The notes beneath the pieces are model-generated. The model was given only the letters and a program-made list of their open reading frames with translations. It was not told the DNA's origin and made no database searches. A stretch of 64,000 bases of DNA from Bacilli bacterium (GTDB lineage Bacteria > Bacillota_I > Bacilli_A > RFN20 > CAG-826): the NCBI GenBank assembly GCA_045130875.1, contig JBGUQI010000019.1, forward strand, positions 419-64,418. The letters are read 5' to 3'. Numbering within the stretch: position 1 is the first letter of the stretch; every line of letters begins with the position of its first letter. Shown one piece after another: positions 28,497 to 37,494 of this stretch. Position numbers and translations under genes: made by a program.

Positions 28497-29639
28497 TTAT
28501 TCCTCCTCATTTAATGTGGATACAGTGAAGACGTGATTTTCACCATATCGCTCTTTCATTATACCTAAATATTTATTTAATTTCTCTATTGGCACGATGC
28601 AGATGATGGAACCACCAAAGCCTCCACCATTGATTTTACTAGCTCCTTGATAGTCCATAGCCTGATTAGAAATATCAATGGCTTCCGCTAAAGAATCTTC
28701 ATAAACGTCATTGACCATGGCGTTCTTTAAGAGGGTTCTACTACTTTCTTCGCTACCCTTAATACAAGCGAAAAATCCAGCAAAATCGTTATTTTTTAAA
28801 CAATTTAAGCCTTTTTCGACACGATTATTCTCATCAAAGAAATGCTTAGCGCGGTTATATTCGCCCTCTGTTAAAGTTGGCTTAACTTTCTCTAATTCTT
28901 CAAGTGAACATTCTCTTAAATATTCATGTCCCATCTTATGTGCGGCATTCCACATATCAGTGGTAATGGAAGAGTATAGATGCGATAGATTAGCGTGACT
29001 CTTATTCGTGTCCACGATGACAAATTGATATCCTTTGAAGTCATTATGGATAATCTCAATTTGAGGATTCTCAATATTTCCGAAATCGATATATGATACC
29101 CCATTAGAGGCGCAGGCAATCTGATCGAGAAGACCACTCTTCTTGCCGAAGTAATTGTTCTCAGCATATTGTCCCGCTTTAGCGAGTTCTAAGATGGAGA
29201 TTTTATCTTCGTTATAAAGTCTATTAAAAATCTTGCCTAACAATATCTCAAAAGCAGCGGAACTAGAGACACCCGCTCCAGGAGGAACGGTTGATTCTGT
29301 ATAAACAGAAAAACCACCCACTTTATAGCCATGAGCTTTTAGATAATGGGCAATACCACGAATAAAGCAAGCGGACTTATCCACCTTTTCTTCTTGTGGT
29401 TCGGTATTAGTGATATCTATTTCAAATTCACATTGTCCTTTGGACACCAATCTAACGATATTGTGCTCTTCTTTAGAAAAGGCGCCTTCAATCATTAGAG
29501 TACAGGTTGATGCTAATGTCTTACCATGGTTATGGTCTGTATGATTTCCTAATAATTCAAAACGACCACCACTATAGAGATATCCCTCTGGTTCTTTTTT
29601 ATAAATACTTTTGAATTGTTCAATAACTGTCTTTTTCAT
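28497..29639 (-). CDS. galK: Galactokinase (GHMP)
   Basis: GRFELLGNHTDHNHG, PPGAGVSSSAA, GLLDQ and GGGFGG. Confidence 0.88.
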   Translation of the reverse strand: MKKTVIEQFKSIYKKEPEGYLYSGGRFELLGNHTDHNHGKTLASTCTLMIEGAFSKEEHNIVRLVSKGQCEFEIDITNTEPQEEKVDKSACFIRGIAHYLKAHGYKVGGFSVYTESTVPPGAGVSSSAAFEILLGKIFNRLYNEDKISILELAKAGQYAENNYFGKKSGLLDQIACASNGVSYIDFGNIENPQIEIIHNDFKGYQFVIVDTNKSHANLSHLYSSITTDMWNAAHKMGHEYLRECSLEELEKVKPTLTEGEYNRAKHFFDENNRVEKGLNCLKNNDFAGFFACIKGSEESSRTLLKNAMVNDVYEDSLAEAIDISNQAMDYQGASKINGGGFGGSIICIVPIEKLNKYLGIMKERYGENHVFTVSTLNEEE

Positions 29640-29699
29640 ATTTTTGCTCTATACATATTAACATATTTTGATTAATAGGTAACTCTAAGAGTTAGAACA

Positions 29700-30512
29700 C
29701 TAACTTAATAGTTTAGAGAAAGTATATTTAATAAATCTCTTATATACATTCCCTGGTTCTAATACTTTTCTATCTAATTGATTATCCTGCGGTTCAATAG
29801 CCACGCCACGATAAGAATCCTTATCGCATAATATGGATTTGAAATTCATCTTAAAATGATCAGTGTAGATTTGAGTTCCTATAAAGTCAGTATTGATGAC
29901 CATTTCATATTTAGTGGATTTTAATTTGATAGTTTTATCTTTAACTAGGAAGAAGTTATCAATATCTCCATCCCCTAGTTTCCTAAAGTCATCAAAGATA
30001 AAGCTCCCACTTACTGGTATCATCTCTATAGGTATTAAATCCTTATCATAATAAATATAATGTGAGGCATTCATCTTAAGAGATAACTTACCAATGCCAT
30101 CTTCCCCTAAGCAGAAAAAAGCGTGATTAGTCAAACTAAATAATTCTGGTTTATCTACTGTCGCGGTAAAAGTAAGAAGCACACTATCACGTTCTAACTT
30201 ATAAGAAACAATAATTCCCTCATATTGGAACACTATTTCTTTTTCTTTCCTTTGATAATCAAATACTTTCGTGGATAAACCATTAGGTCCTCCATGAAGC
30301 TGAACCTTTCCATCAACACGAATACGTCCGCATAAATTACCGATGGTTTTACCATAATATAAATCAGGCTCGCAAAAGACTTCCTTATCAATTGGGGCAA
30401 CCACCATATCATCATTAAGATATTGGATACGATATATTGAGGCCCCAAGATTACATAGAGTTACTCTGAGGTTCTCGTTTTCTAAAGTGAGGAATTCTAT
30501 ATTGTTAGACAT
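29700..30512 (-). CDS. galM: Aldose 1-epimerase (galactose mutarotase), compact
   Basis: NLGASI, YGKTIG, LHGG, LTNHAFF, QIYT and AIEPQ. Confidence 0.85.
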   Translation of the reverse strand: MSNNIEFLTLENENLRVTLCNLGASIYRIQYLNDDMVVAPIDKEVFCEPDLYYGKTIGNLCGRIRVDGKVQLHGGPNGLSTKVFDYQRKEKEIVFQYEGIIVSYKLERDSVLLTFTATVDKPELFSLTNHAFFCLGEDGIGKLSLKMNASHYIYYDKDLIPIEMIPVSGSFIFDDFRKLGDGDIDNFFLVKDKTIKLKSTKYEMVINTDFIGTQIYTDHFKMNFKSILCDKDSYRGVAIEPQDNQLDRKVLEPGNVYKRFIKYTFSKLLS

Positions 30513-30547
30513 AAGATTATTATAATAAATGTTAGGGGTTAAATGTT

Positions 30548-31855
30548 ATGAACAATAAAGTTGGTATTAGAAAATGGCTCTCCTTTATCATTGCCGGATT
30601 TGTCGGTCAGATAGCATGGGCTATTGAAAACAATTTCTTCAATCTATATGTCTTTGATTGTACAGAAGAGTATGTCTTTATTCCTATCATGGTGGCCGCA
30701 AGTGCAGCCGCTGCTACAATCACTACCTTATTAATGGGAGCCTTGAGTGATAGATTAGGCAAAAGAAAAGCCTTTATATCCTTTGGATATATCCTCTGGG
30801 GTATCTCCATTATCATGTTTGCTTTCTTGAATCCAAAATCAAGCTTTAATATCGTCGCTAGTTCCACGATGATGGCAGGTACGATGATCGTCATTATGGA
30901 CTGTGTAATGACATTCTTTGGCAGTACCGCAAACGATGCTTCCTTCAATGCTTTTGTTACCGATAACACAAACACAAATAATAGAGGAAAGGTCGAAAGC
31001 GTCCTCTCCGTTTTACCACTTATCGCAATGATCGTGGTCGTCGGTTTATCCGGTGCTTTAACAAAAGATGATGTTATTAATTGGAGCATCTTCTTCTACA
31101 TTATTGGCGGTTTGACCACTGTTGTGGGTATTGTCTGCATCTTCTTATTACCTAAAGATGTTGTGGAACCAAATAAGGATGAAACATATATTAAAAACAT
31201 CTTTTATGGATTTAGACCAAGCGTTATCAAAAACAACGCAATTCTCTATTTAATCCTTACAACTTTCATGGTTTTCTCCATCGGAATTCAAGTATTTATG
31301 CCATATTTAATGGTTTATATTCAAAAGGTTTTACTCATTGATGGTTTAGACTTCACCATTACTTTAGGTGTCGTCTTAATCGTCAGCTCCATCATCACCG
31401 TTGTCTTTGGTTTATTCATGGATAAGATTGGTAAGAACAGAATCATCTTCCCTGCGATTGGTGTTACCGTCGTAGGTGGAGTCATTATGTTCTTCATGAC
31501 AAATCTAATTGGTGTCATTATCGGTGGCACAATCCTCATGACTGGTTATATGATTGGCACCGCTGTATTAGGTGCAAAAGTCAGAGACTACACCCCTGTT
31601 AAAGAAACTGGTTTATTCCAAGGTATCAGAATGATCTTCTTGGTACTAATACCAATGGTTACTGGTCCATATATCGGCTTAGCAGTTTCTTATATCAATA
31701 AACACGAATATGTAAATGAATATAACAAGACAGTTGTTTCTCCAAATGCCTTTATATTCTTATTCTCTGGAGTAATAATCGCTTTAGCGGTTATCCCCGC
31801 GATTATCTTCATGAGAAAAGAAAAACAAATTAAAGAAAATGAAGCCACTATCTGA
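30548..31855 (+). CDS. MFS transporter
   Basis: 12 TM segments, GALSDRLGKRK motif A, GQIAWAIEN and GSTANDASFNA. Confidence 0.92.
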   Translation: MNNKVGIRKWLSFIIAGFVGQIAWAIENNFFNLYVFDCTEEYVFIPIMVAASAAAATITTLLMGALSDRLGKRKAFISFGYILWGISIIMFAFLNPKSSFNIVASSTMMAGTMIVIMDCVMTFFGSTANDASFNAFVTDNTNTNNRGKVESVLSVLPLIAMIVVVGLSGALTKDDVINWSIFFYIIGGLTTVVGIVCIFLLPKDVVEPNKDETYIKNIFYGFRPSVIKNNAILYLILTTFMVFSIGIQVFMPYLMVYIQKVLLIDGLDFTITLGVVLIVSSIITVVFGLFMDKIGKNRIIFPAIGVTVVGGVIMFFMTNLIGVIIGGTILMTGYMIGTAVLGAKVRDYTPVKETGLFQGIRMIFLVLIPMVTGPYIGLAVSYINKHEYVNEYNKTVVSPNAFIFLFSGVIIALAVIPAIIFMRKEKQIKENEATI

Positions 31856-33497
31856 ATATCCAAGGCCACAACTGGTGAGAGATAGTTATCTATGTCTCAA
31901 TGGAAAATGGGAATACGCGATTAGAAAAGAAGAAACTATTCCCTCTACTTTTGATGGTGAAATCATCGTTCCCTTTTCTCCCGAAACAAAAGCCTCTGGA
32001 GTTAATAAAGTAGTTACACCTGAAGATTATCTCTTTTATAGATTAGCCTTTAAGTTAGATAAATCTTTTATCTCAGATAAAGTACTATTACATTTCACTG
32101 CAGTGGATCAAATCGCTGAAGTATATATTAATGACCAATACTTAGGAAAACATATCGGTGGATATCTTCCTTTTGAATTTGATATCAAACCATATTTAAA
32201 AGAAGAAAACGTTCTTGTTGTTAGGGTTAAAGATTATACCGACACTAAAGAATACTCTCGTGGCAAACAAAAGATAAATAGAGGAGGTATTTGGTATACC
32301 CCTCAATCTGGTATCTATATGCCAGTATGGTTAGAGAGTGTTTCAAATAAATATATTAAGGATATAAAACTCACACCTGATGTTGATAATTCTTCAATCA
32401 AAATTAACGTTATAAGCGATGATTCTTCGGCGATAATACATTTGCTTGGTAAAGACTATAAAGTGGTCACAAATGAGGAAACGGAAATTGAGATTGATAA
32501 TCCTCATTTCTGGTCTCCAGAAGATCCTTATTTATATATATTCTCTGTTAAAACAGAAGGTGATGAAGTCACCTCATATTTCGCTTTTAGAAAAGTATCC
32601 ATTGTTGAACATAATGGTTATAAAGTAATCGCGTTAAATAATAAGCCCTATTTCATGAAAGGAATATTGGATCAAGGATATTATCAAGATGGCCTATATA
32701 CACCAAATGATTATCAAGACTACATTAGCGATATCCAATTAGTGAAATCTCTTGGTTTCAACACGATTAGAAAGCACATCAAGATTGAAGCGCCACGCTG
32801 GTATTATGAATGCGATAGGCAGGGCGTTCTTGTCTGGCAAGACTTTATCAATGGAGGTGGGAAATATAAATTCCCCACGATTGCTTTCCCTCTTATCACT
32901 GGAATACATCACAAAGACAACAATTATAAAAAGTTTTCAAGAACAGATGAGGAATGTCGAAAACAAGCTATTGAAGAATTTAAAGAAATCATCCACTACT
33001 TGTATAATGTTCCATCCATTGTCCTTTGGACAATATTTAATGAGGGATGGGGACAGTTTGACTCAGCATCTATTTATAACGAATTAAAAGAATTAGATAA
33101 GACGAGATTATTTGATCACGCTTCCGGTTGGCATGACCAAGGAGTTAGTGATGTTAAATCATTGCATGTCTACTTTAAGAAAGTGAAACTTCCTAAAGAT
33201 GAAAGAGCAATTATCTTATCTGAGTTTGGAGGTTTTGTCTTGCCCATCAAAGACCATATGCAAAAGGGAAAGAAAACATATCGCAGTTTTAAAGATGCTC
33301 CATCATGGTTAGATAATTACAAGAAATGTATTGAAAGAGATGTTATCAATAATATCCCTAATGGTTTAGCGGCCACCATCTATACTCAACTATCAGATGT
33401 TGAAGATGAACTTAATGGTTTTATTACTTTTGATAGACAAGTAATTAAAATAGACCCACAATTAGTTAAGAAGATAAACGATAGAATCAAATTCTAG
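31839..33497 (+). CDS. GH2 glycosidase (beta-galactofuranosidase/arabinofuranosidase-like subgroup)
   Basis: EYPRPQLVR, GKQ...GIWYTPQSGI, LDQGYYQDG, RKHIK, VWQD, FNEGWGQ, LSEFGG and YTQLSDVEDELNG. Subgroup assignment is from recalled similarity to Streptomyces GH2 Galf-ases. Confidence 0.85.
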   Translation: MKPLSEYPRPQLVRDSYLCLNGKWEYAIRKEETIPSTFDGEIIVPFSPETKASGVNKVVTPEDYLFYRLAFKLDKSFISDKVLLHFTAVDQIAEVYINDQYLGKHIGGYLPFEFDIKPYLKEENVLVVRVKDYTDTKEYSRGKQKINRGGIWYTPQSGIYMPVWLESVSNKYIKDIKLTPDVDNSSIKINVISDDSSAIIHLLGKDYKVVTNEETEIEIDNPHFWSPEDPYLYIFSVKTEGDEVTSYFAFRKVSIVEHNGYKVIALNNKPYFMKGILDQGYYQDGLYTPNDYQDYISDIQLVKSLGFNTIRKHIKIEAPRWYYECDRQGVLVWQDFINGGGKYKFPTIAFPLITGIHHKDNNYKKFSRTDEECRKQAIEEFKEIIHYLYNVPSIVLWTIFNEGWGQFDSASIYNELKELDKTRLFDHASGWHDQGVSDVKSLHVYFKKVKLPKDERAIILSEFGGFVLPIKDHMQKGKKTYRSFKDAPSWLDNYKKCIERDVINNIPNGLAATIYTQLSDVEDELNGFITFDRQVIKIDPQLVKKINDRIKF

Positions 33498-33506
33498 GAG
33501 AAGCTT

Positions 33507-34133
33507 ATGAAGAACACTACCAAAGTAATCTATGACAATCTATTCCTTAGATATCCAGATTTAGTCTGCAACAAAGACCAAATCCTCTTTGCTTTCGAGA
33601 TTTTAGTGGAAGCATTCAAACATAACAAAAAACTCCTTATCTGTGGAAATGGAGGCAGTGCTTCTGACAGCGAACATATGGTCGCTGAATTGCTCAAAAA
33701 CTTCAAAAAGAAGCGCAAATTAAAAGAAAAATTAGCAAAATCACTAGAAAATGACCCCGAATTGCTTAATGGTATCGAACAAGGTTACCCAGCTTTCTCG
33801 TTAGTGTCTCAAACATCTTTTATCTCTGCTTATAATAACGATCACAATCCTGACTTTGTCTACGCTCAAGAAGTCGCGGCTTATGGACAGGAAGGAGATG
33901 TGTTACTCGCCATCTCTACATCCGGAAATTCCATGAACTGTGTTAACGCTGTTAAGGTGGCTAAAGCTATCGGAATGAAAACCATCGGTTTAACTGGAGC
34001 CTTTGAATCCAAAATAAATGAATTAGCAAACATCACAATAAAAGTCCCCGAAGTGGAGACTTTCAAAGTTCAAGAGAGACATCTTCCTACTTTCCACTGC
34101 ATTTGTGCAATGGTAGAAGAAGAACTTGATTAA
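33507..34133 (+). CDS. SIS-domain phosphosugar isomerase, GmhA (sedoheptulose-7-P isomerase)-like
   Basis: CGNGGSASDSEH, NND, ISTSGNS, GLTG and VQERHLPxxH. SD aggag. Confidence 0.85.
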   Translation: MKNTTKVIYDNLFLRYPDLVCNKDQILFAFEILVEAFKHNKKLLICGNGGSASDSEHMVAELLKNFKKKRKLKEKLAKSLENDPELLNGIEQGYPAFSLVSQTSFISAYNNDHNPDFVYAQEVAAYGQEGDVLLAISTSGNSMNCVNAVKVAKAIGMKTIGLTGAFESKINELANITIKVPEVETFKVQERHLPTFHCICAMVEEELD

Positions 34134-35387
34134 TTATAATTGTGGGAAATTGACCTGCACTCTAATATAAGTATTTGTACAATCAACACTAGCGGGTGCT
34201 ACACCATCAACTTTAACGACTAAGATATGATCTTTATCACTTATGTGATGTGTAGTACTATTTTTTGGTTTTATCATGATTTTAATGCAATATCTCGTGC
34301 CAGCCTCAAACACAACATCTTCATATCCATGTGAAAAAGTATAAGTTCCTGTTTCACTAGTGAAGTAACACCAGAAAGTATTGCTAGCTGTATCAACTTT
34401 GCATGTACTTGGAGAAATAGTAATTCCATCAATGGTTGGTTTGACGCCCGCAACTGGAGCGGTAATTCCAGAAATGTTAACTTCATGGATTTGTTCTCTG
34501 CCTTCTAATTTATCAAAATAATAGATAAAAGTTACAAATCCATCTGCGTTACTTGTGACATCCGCTTCTTCGCCATCTAAATAGGCTTTAACATTATCAG
34601 CGAATTCTTGACCAGTAGCTTGAATGGTAAATTTGATGCCGTATTTATCGCCTTCTTGGAATTTCAAATCTTCACTCGAAGTGGAATAGAAGAAGTTATA
34701 TGGAGTACCCGAAATATCAACGACCCAAACTCTTTGTCCAATAACATATTTGCCAACATCTGCTGCAGCAACAGAAAGACCTTCAAATGTTGGAGTTTCT
34801 TCAGCAACAGGAGCGGTTGCGCCAACGATATTAATTGACTGTGTTAATGATGCTTCAGTAGCAGGAAAAGTATAGTAAACAAATAAGATATCTTTGTCTT
34901 CATTAACTTCAACTGTTGTCGCGGCATCTGAATTAACTGTCACATTAACGCTATCGGCAAATCCATTTTTGTGAGTTATGCTAAAACGAATTTGATATAT
35001 TTTATTGCCCTCAAATTGCTTTGTGTTCTCGTAAAAACGAGCAAAAAAGTAGAAAGTGCCATCATTATGTTTTTCTAGCCAATAAGAGTTGTAATCATCA
35101 ATACGAAGTCCTTCAACATTATTGGTAATTGTGTTGAAAGGTGCAATAGTTTCACCCGCAACAGGAACTTGAACATTGCTAATAGCAATTGATGAAATAG
35201 GAAGGTTCTCTTCTTCAGATGATTCTTTCTCAGAAGATTCTGAAATCTCTTCACTACTTTCAGATTCTTGTGGTCTGGTGGAATGTCCACCACCACTTGA
35301 TGGCTGACTAGAAGTTTTTGCACCTCCACTGCAGCCAGTTAGAAGCATCGCACCTAGTGCGAGAAATAATAAGATTTTGCTTTTCAT
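34134..35387 (-). CDS. Lipoprotein with three tandem ~118-aa beta-rich repeats
   Basis: Lipobox LLTG-C and an S/E tether. Three units begin ISSIAISNVQVPVAGET, TQSINIVGATAPVAEET and IHEVNISGITAPVAGVK. SD aaggggg. Confidence 0.8.
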   Translation of the reverse strand: MKSKILLFLALGAMLLTGCSGGAKTSSQPSSGGGHSTRPQESESSEEISESSEKESSEEENLPISSIAISNVQVPVAGETIAPFNTITNNVEGLRIDDYNSYWLEKHNDGTFYFFARFYENTKQFEGNKIYQIRFSITHKNGFADSVNVTVNSDAATTVEVNEDKDILFVYYTFPATEASLTQSINIVGATAPVAEETPTFEGLSVAAADVGKYVIGQRVWVVDISGTPYNFFYSTSSEDLKFQEGDKYGIKFTIQATGQEFADNVKAYLDGEEADVTSNADGFVTFIYYFDKLEGREQIHEVNISGITAPVAGVKPTIDGITISPSTCKVDTASNTFWCYFTSETGTYTFSHGYEDVVFEAGTRYCIKIMIKPKNSTTHHISDKDHILVVKVDGVAPASVDCTNTYIRVQVNFPQL

Positions 35388-35419
35388 AAAATCCCCCTTT
35401 ATATAAAAAAATGAAAGAA

Positions 35420-36922
35420 TTATTCTTTCATTAATTTATCAATAATCGCAGATAATCTATCAAATGATTGATAAATTTCTTTTGCTAATTTAATTTGTGT
35501 TCTCGCTCTCACGAGATTGTGTTCATCATAAGCAGTTTGGAAATAGACGTCACCGCGTAAATAGTCTTCCAAGAATCTTGTACCGCATTCAATGGTTAAC
35601 AAGAAGGCGGAGAATGGAAGGAGTTCTCTTTCACGTGGAGAAAGAACATCTTTCATCTCGCTGAGATATCCTCTCGCGTAGTTTTCAAAGATATCATCTT
35701 TAACTACGAGTTTAGATAAATCTCTATTATCTTCATTATCGCCAGTGAATAAACTCCTTAAAGCATCACCAAAGTCATATAAATAACTTCCAGGCATAAC
35801 GGTATCTAAATCAACAACGGCGCGGATTTCACCACTTGTTTTATCAAATAAAACATTATTGATTTTAGGATCGTTATGAGTGACCCCAAAATGGATTGAA
35901 CCATCTTTAATTCCATCAACTACTTTAGAAAAGTCTTTGGATAAAGCTTTAACATCGGCGATTTCTGGTAAACATGAATCAACACGATTGCATTTATTTA
36001 ATTCAATAGCGTCTAATAAGTTTTCAAATCTCTTTGGAGTGTTATGGAAGTTAGGAATAACTTCACCTAAATCACTAGCATCAAATGCCGCGAGCGCTTT
36101 ATGTAATTTACCAAAAGCTTTACCAGCATTGATTAATAATTCTTGGCTAGTAATAGCTTCGTAGCAAATTGTGTTTTCTATGAAAACATATAATCTATAG
36201 CAGGCAGGACCATCGCGATAATATAATTGGCCATCTCTTGTATGAATAACTTTTAGAGATTCGAAACCATGATGTCTTAAATATTTAGAAACCTTATGGC
36301 AGTTATCCATAAGTAAATCTACATCTTTGAAGACTGTGGTATTAATTCTCTGTAAAACATATTCTCTACCATCCGCAATTTTCACAAAGAATGTGGAATT
36401 GATATGACCATTACCTAATGGAGAAATCTCCACTGCTGGTTCATAGATGGTAAACTTTTCAACTACTTCTGCTAAATTCATACAAATATCTTTAATAATC
36501 GCTTGATTCCTAATCGACATTTTATTAGGAATGCTGTTAAAGTTATAAAACTTTAATGACTTGACTTCCTCCCCTTGCGGAATTAAGTTTCCTTGGTAAT
36601 CGGTGCAGAGGTATATATGGTCAACTCCATATATCTCGTCACCATTCGTATAAGTATAATGGGTAATCTCGCCGCTGTAAACCTTGAATAATTTTAAATT
36701 ATTAGCGGTTAATCCTGTTTCTTCGAACAATTCTCTCTTCGCGGCTTCCTCGCAAGTTTCCCCGGGATCAACGCCGCCACCAGGAAAATCGTAGTAGCCA
36801 TCATCCGCACGTTGTTCTAAGAGAATTTCGCCATTACGGTTCATCACTATAACAACAGAATGAGGAATGACTAAAGGATCATGTCCAACCTTACTACGTA
36901 AGTCTTTTAAATAATCGCCCAT
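35420..36922 (-). CDS. Fusion: NUDIX hydrolase + N-acetylhexosamine 1-kinase (NahK/LnpB)-like phosphotransferase
   Basis: Intact Nudix box GGVDPGETCEEAAKRELFEETGL. The C-terminal part has GNGHIN, LQRINT, IPNFHNTP, THNDPKINN, DLDTVMPG, DFGD, RFLEDYL and HNLVRARTQ. Confidence 0.85.
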   Translation of the reverse strand: MGDYLKDLRSKVGHDPLVIPHSVVIVMNRNGEILLEQRADDGYYDFPGGGVDPGETCEEAAKRELFEETGLTANNLKLFKVYSGEITHYTYTNGDEIYGVDHIYLCTDYQGNLIPQGEEVKSLKFYNFNSIPNKMSIRNQAIIKDICMNLAEVVEKFTIYEPAVEISPLGNGHINSTFFVKIADGREYVLQRINTTVFKDVDLLMDNCHKVSKYLRHHGFESLKVIHTRDGQLYYRDGPACYRLYVFIENTICYEAITSQELLINAGKAFGKLHKALAAFDASDLGEVIPNFHNTPKRFENLLDAIELNKCNRVDSCLPEIADVKALSKDFSKVVDGIKDGSIHFGVTHNDPKINNVLFDKTSGEIRAVVDLDTVMPGSYLYDFGDALRSLFTGDNEDNRDLSKLVVKDDIFENYARGYLSEMKDVLSPRERELLPFSAFLLTIECGTRFLEDYLRGDVYFQTAYDEHNLVRARTQIKLAKEIYQSFDRLSAIIDKLMKE

Positions 36923-36987
36923 ATAAGATAATTTTAGTAAAAATAAAATTATTTTGCTATCATTTTATTAAAGAGAATTTATATCTT

Positions 36988-37494
36988 ATGAAAAGATTAT
37001 TAGATAACATCACTGGAATAGAAGTCGAACCACTAACCCTAGTAGATGTAGAAGAAAAAAATAATACATTATCATTCCATTTTATCTGCCACGACTCTTT
37101 TTTGAGTAGCTACTCAGATAAAGATAATGATGAATTATATAAAGATAATGTTTGTGAAGTCTTTTTAGATATTGGTGAAAAGGACTCTTACTTTGAAATC
37201 GAAGTCGCCCCAAATGGAGCGAAATTCGTATCTAAAATCATCTATCACGGAGAACAAAGAGAGATTGTTTTTTTAAAGGATGATTTCCTAAAAACAAACG
37301 CAAAAATTAGCGGTCAGAATTATGAAGTTGATATCATATTTGACCTTACAAAACTCAATAATCCTCCCAAAATAAAATACAATGCCTTTAGGATTGAAAC
37401 CCAAGGCATTGAACCAGAACATATATTGCTCGCATTATCACCCACATTGTGTGGATCATTTCATGTGAGAGATGCTTTTATAAAGTGGAAATAA
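36988..37494 (+). CDS. CBM9-like (DOMON-like) carbohydrate-binding protein
   Basis: DELYKDNVCEVFLD, YFEIEVAPNG, NAFRIE and SPT...SFH patterns. Confidence 0.7.
   Translation: MKRLLDNITGIEVEPLTLVDVEEKNNTLSFHFICHDSFLSSYSDKDNDELYKDNVCEVFLDIGEKDSYFEIEVAPNGAKFVSKIIYHGEQREIVFLKDDFLKTNAKISGQNYEVDIIFDLTKLNNPPKIKYNAFRIETQGIEPEHILLALSPTLCGSFHVRDAFIKWK

Noticed and set aside
33507-34133. GmhA as evidence for LPS/ADP-heptose biosynthesis
   Set aside because: No gmhB, hldE, hldD or LPS genes in the window. The context is catabolic and the gene set looks monoderm.
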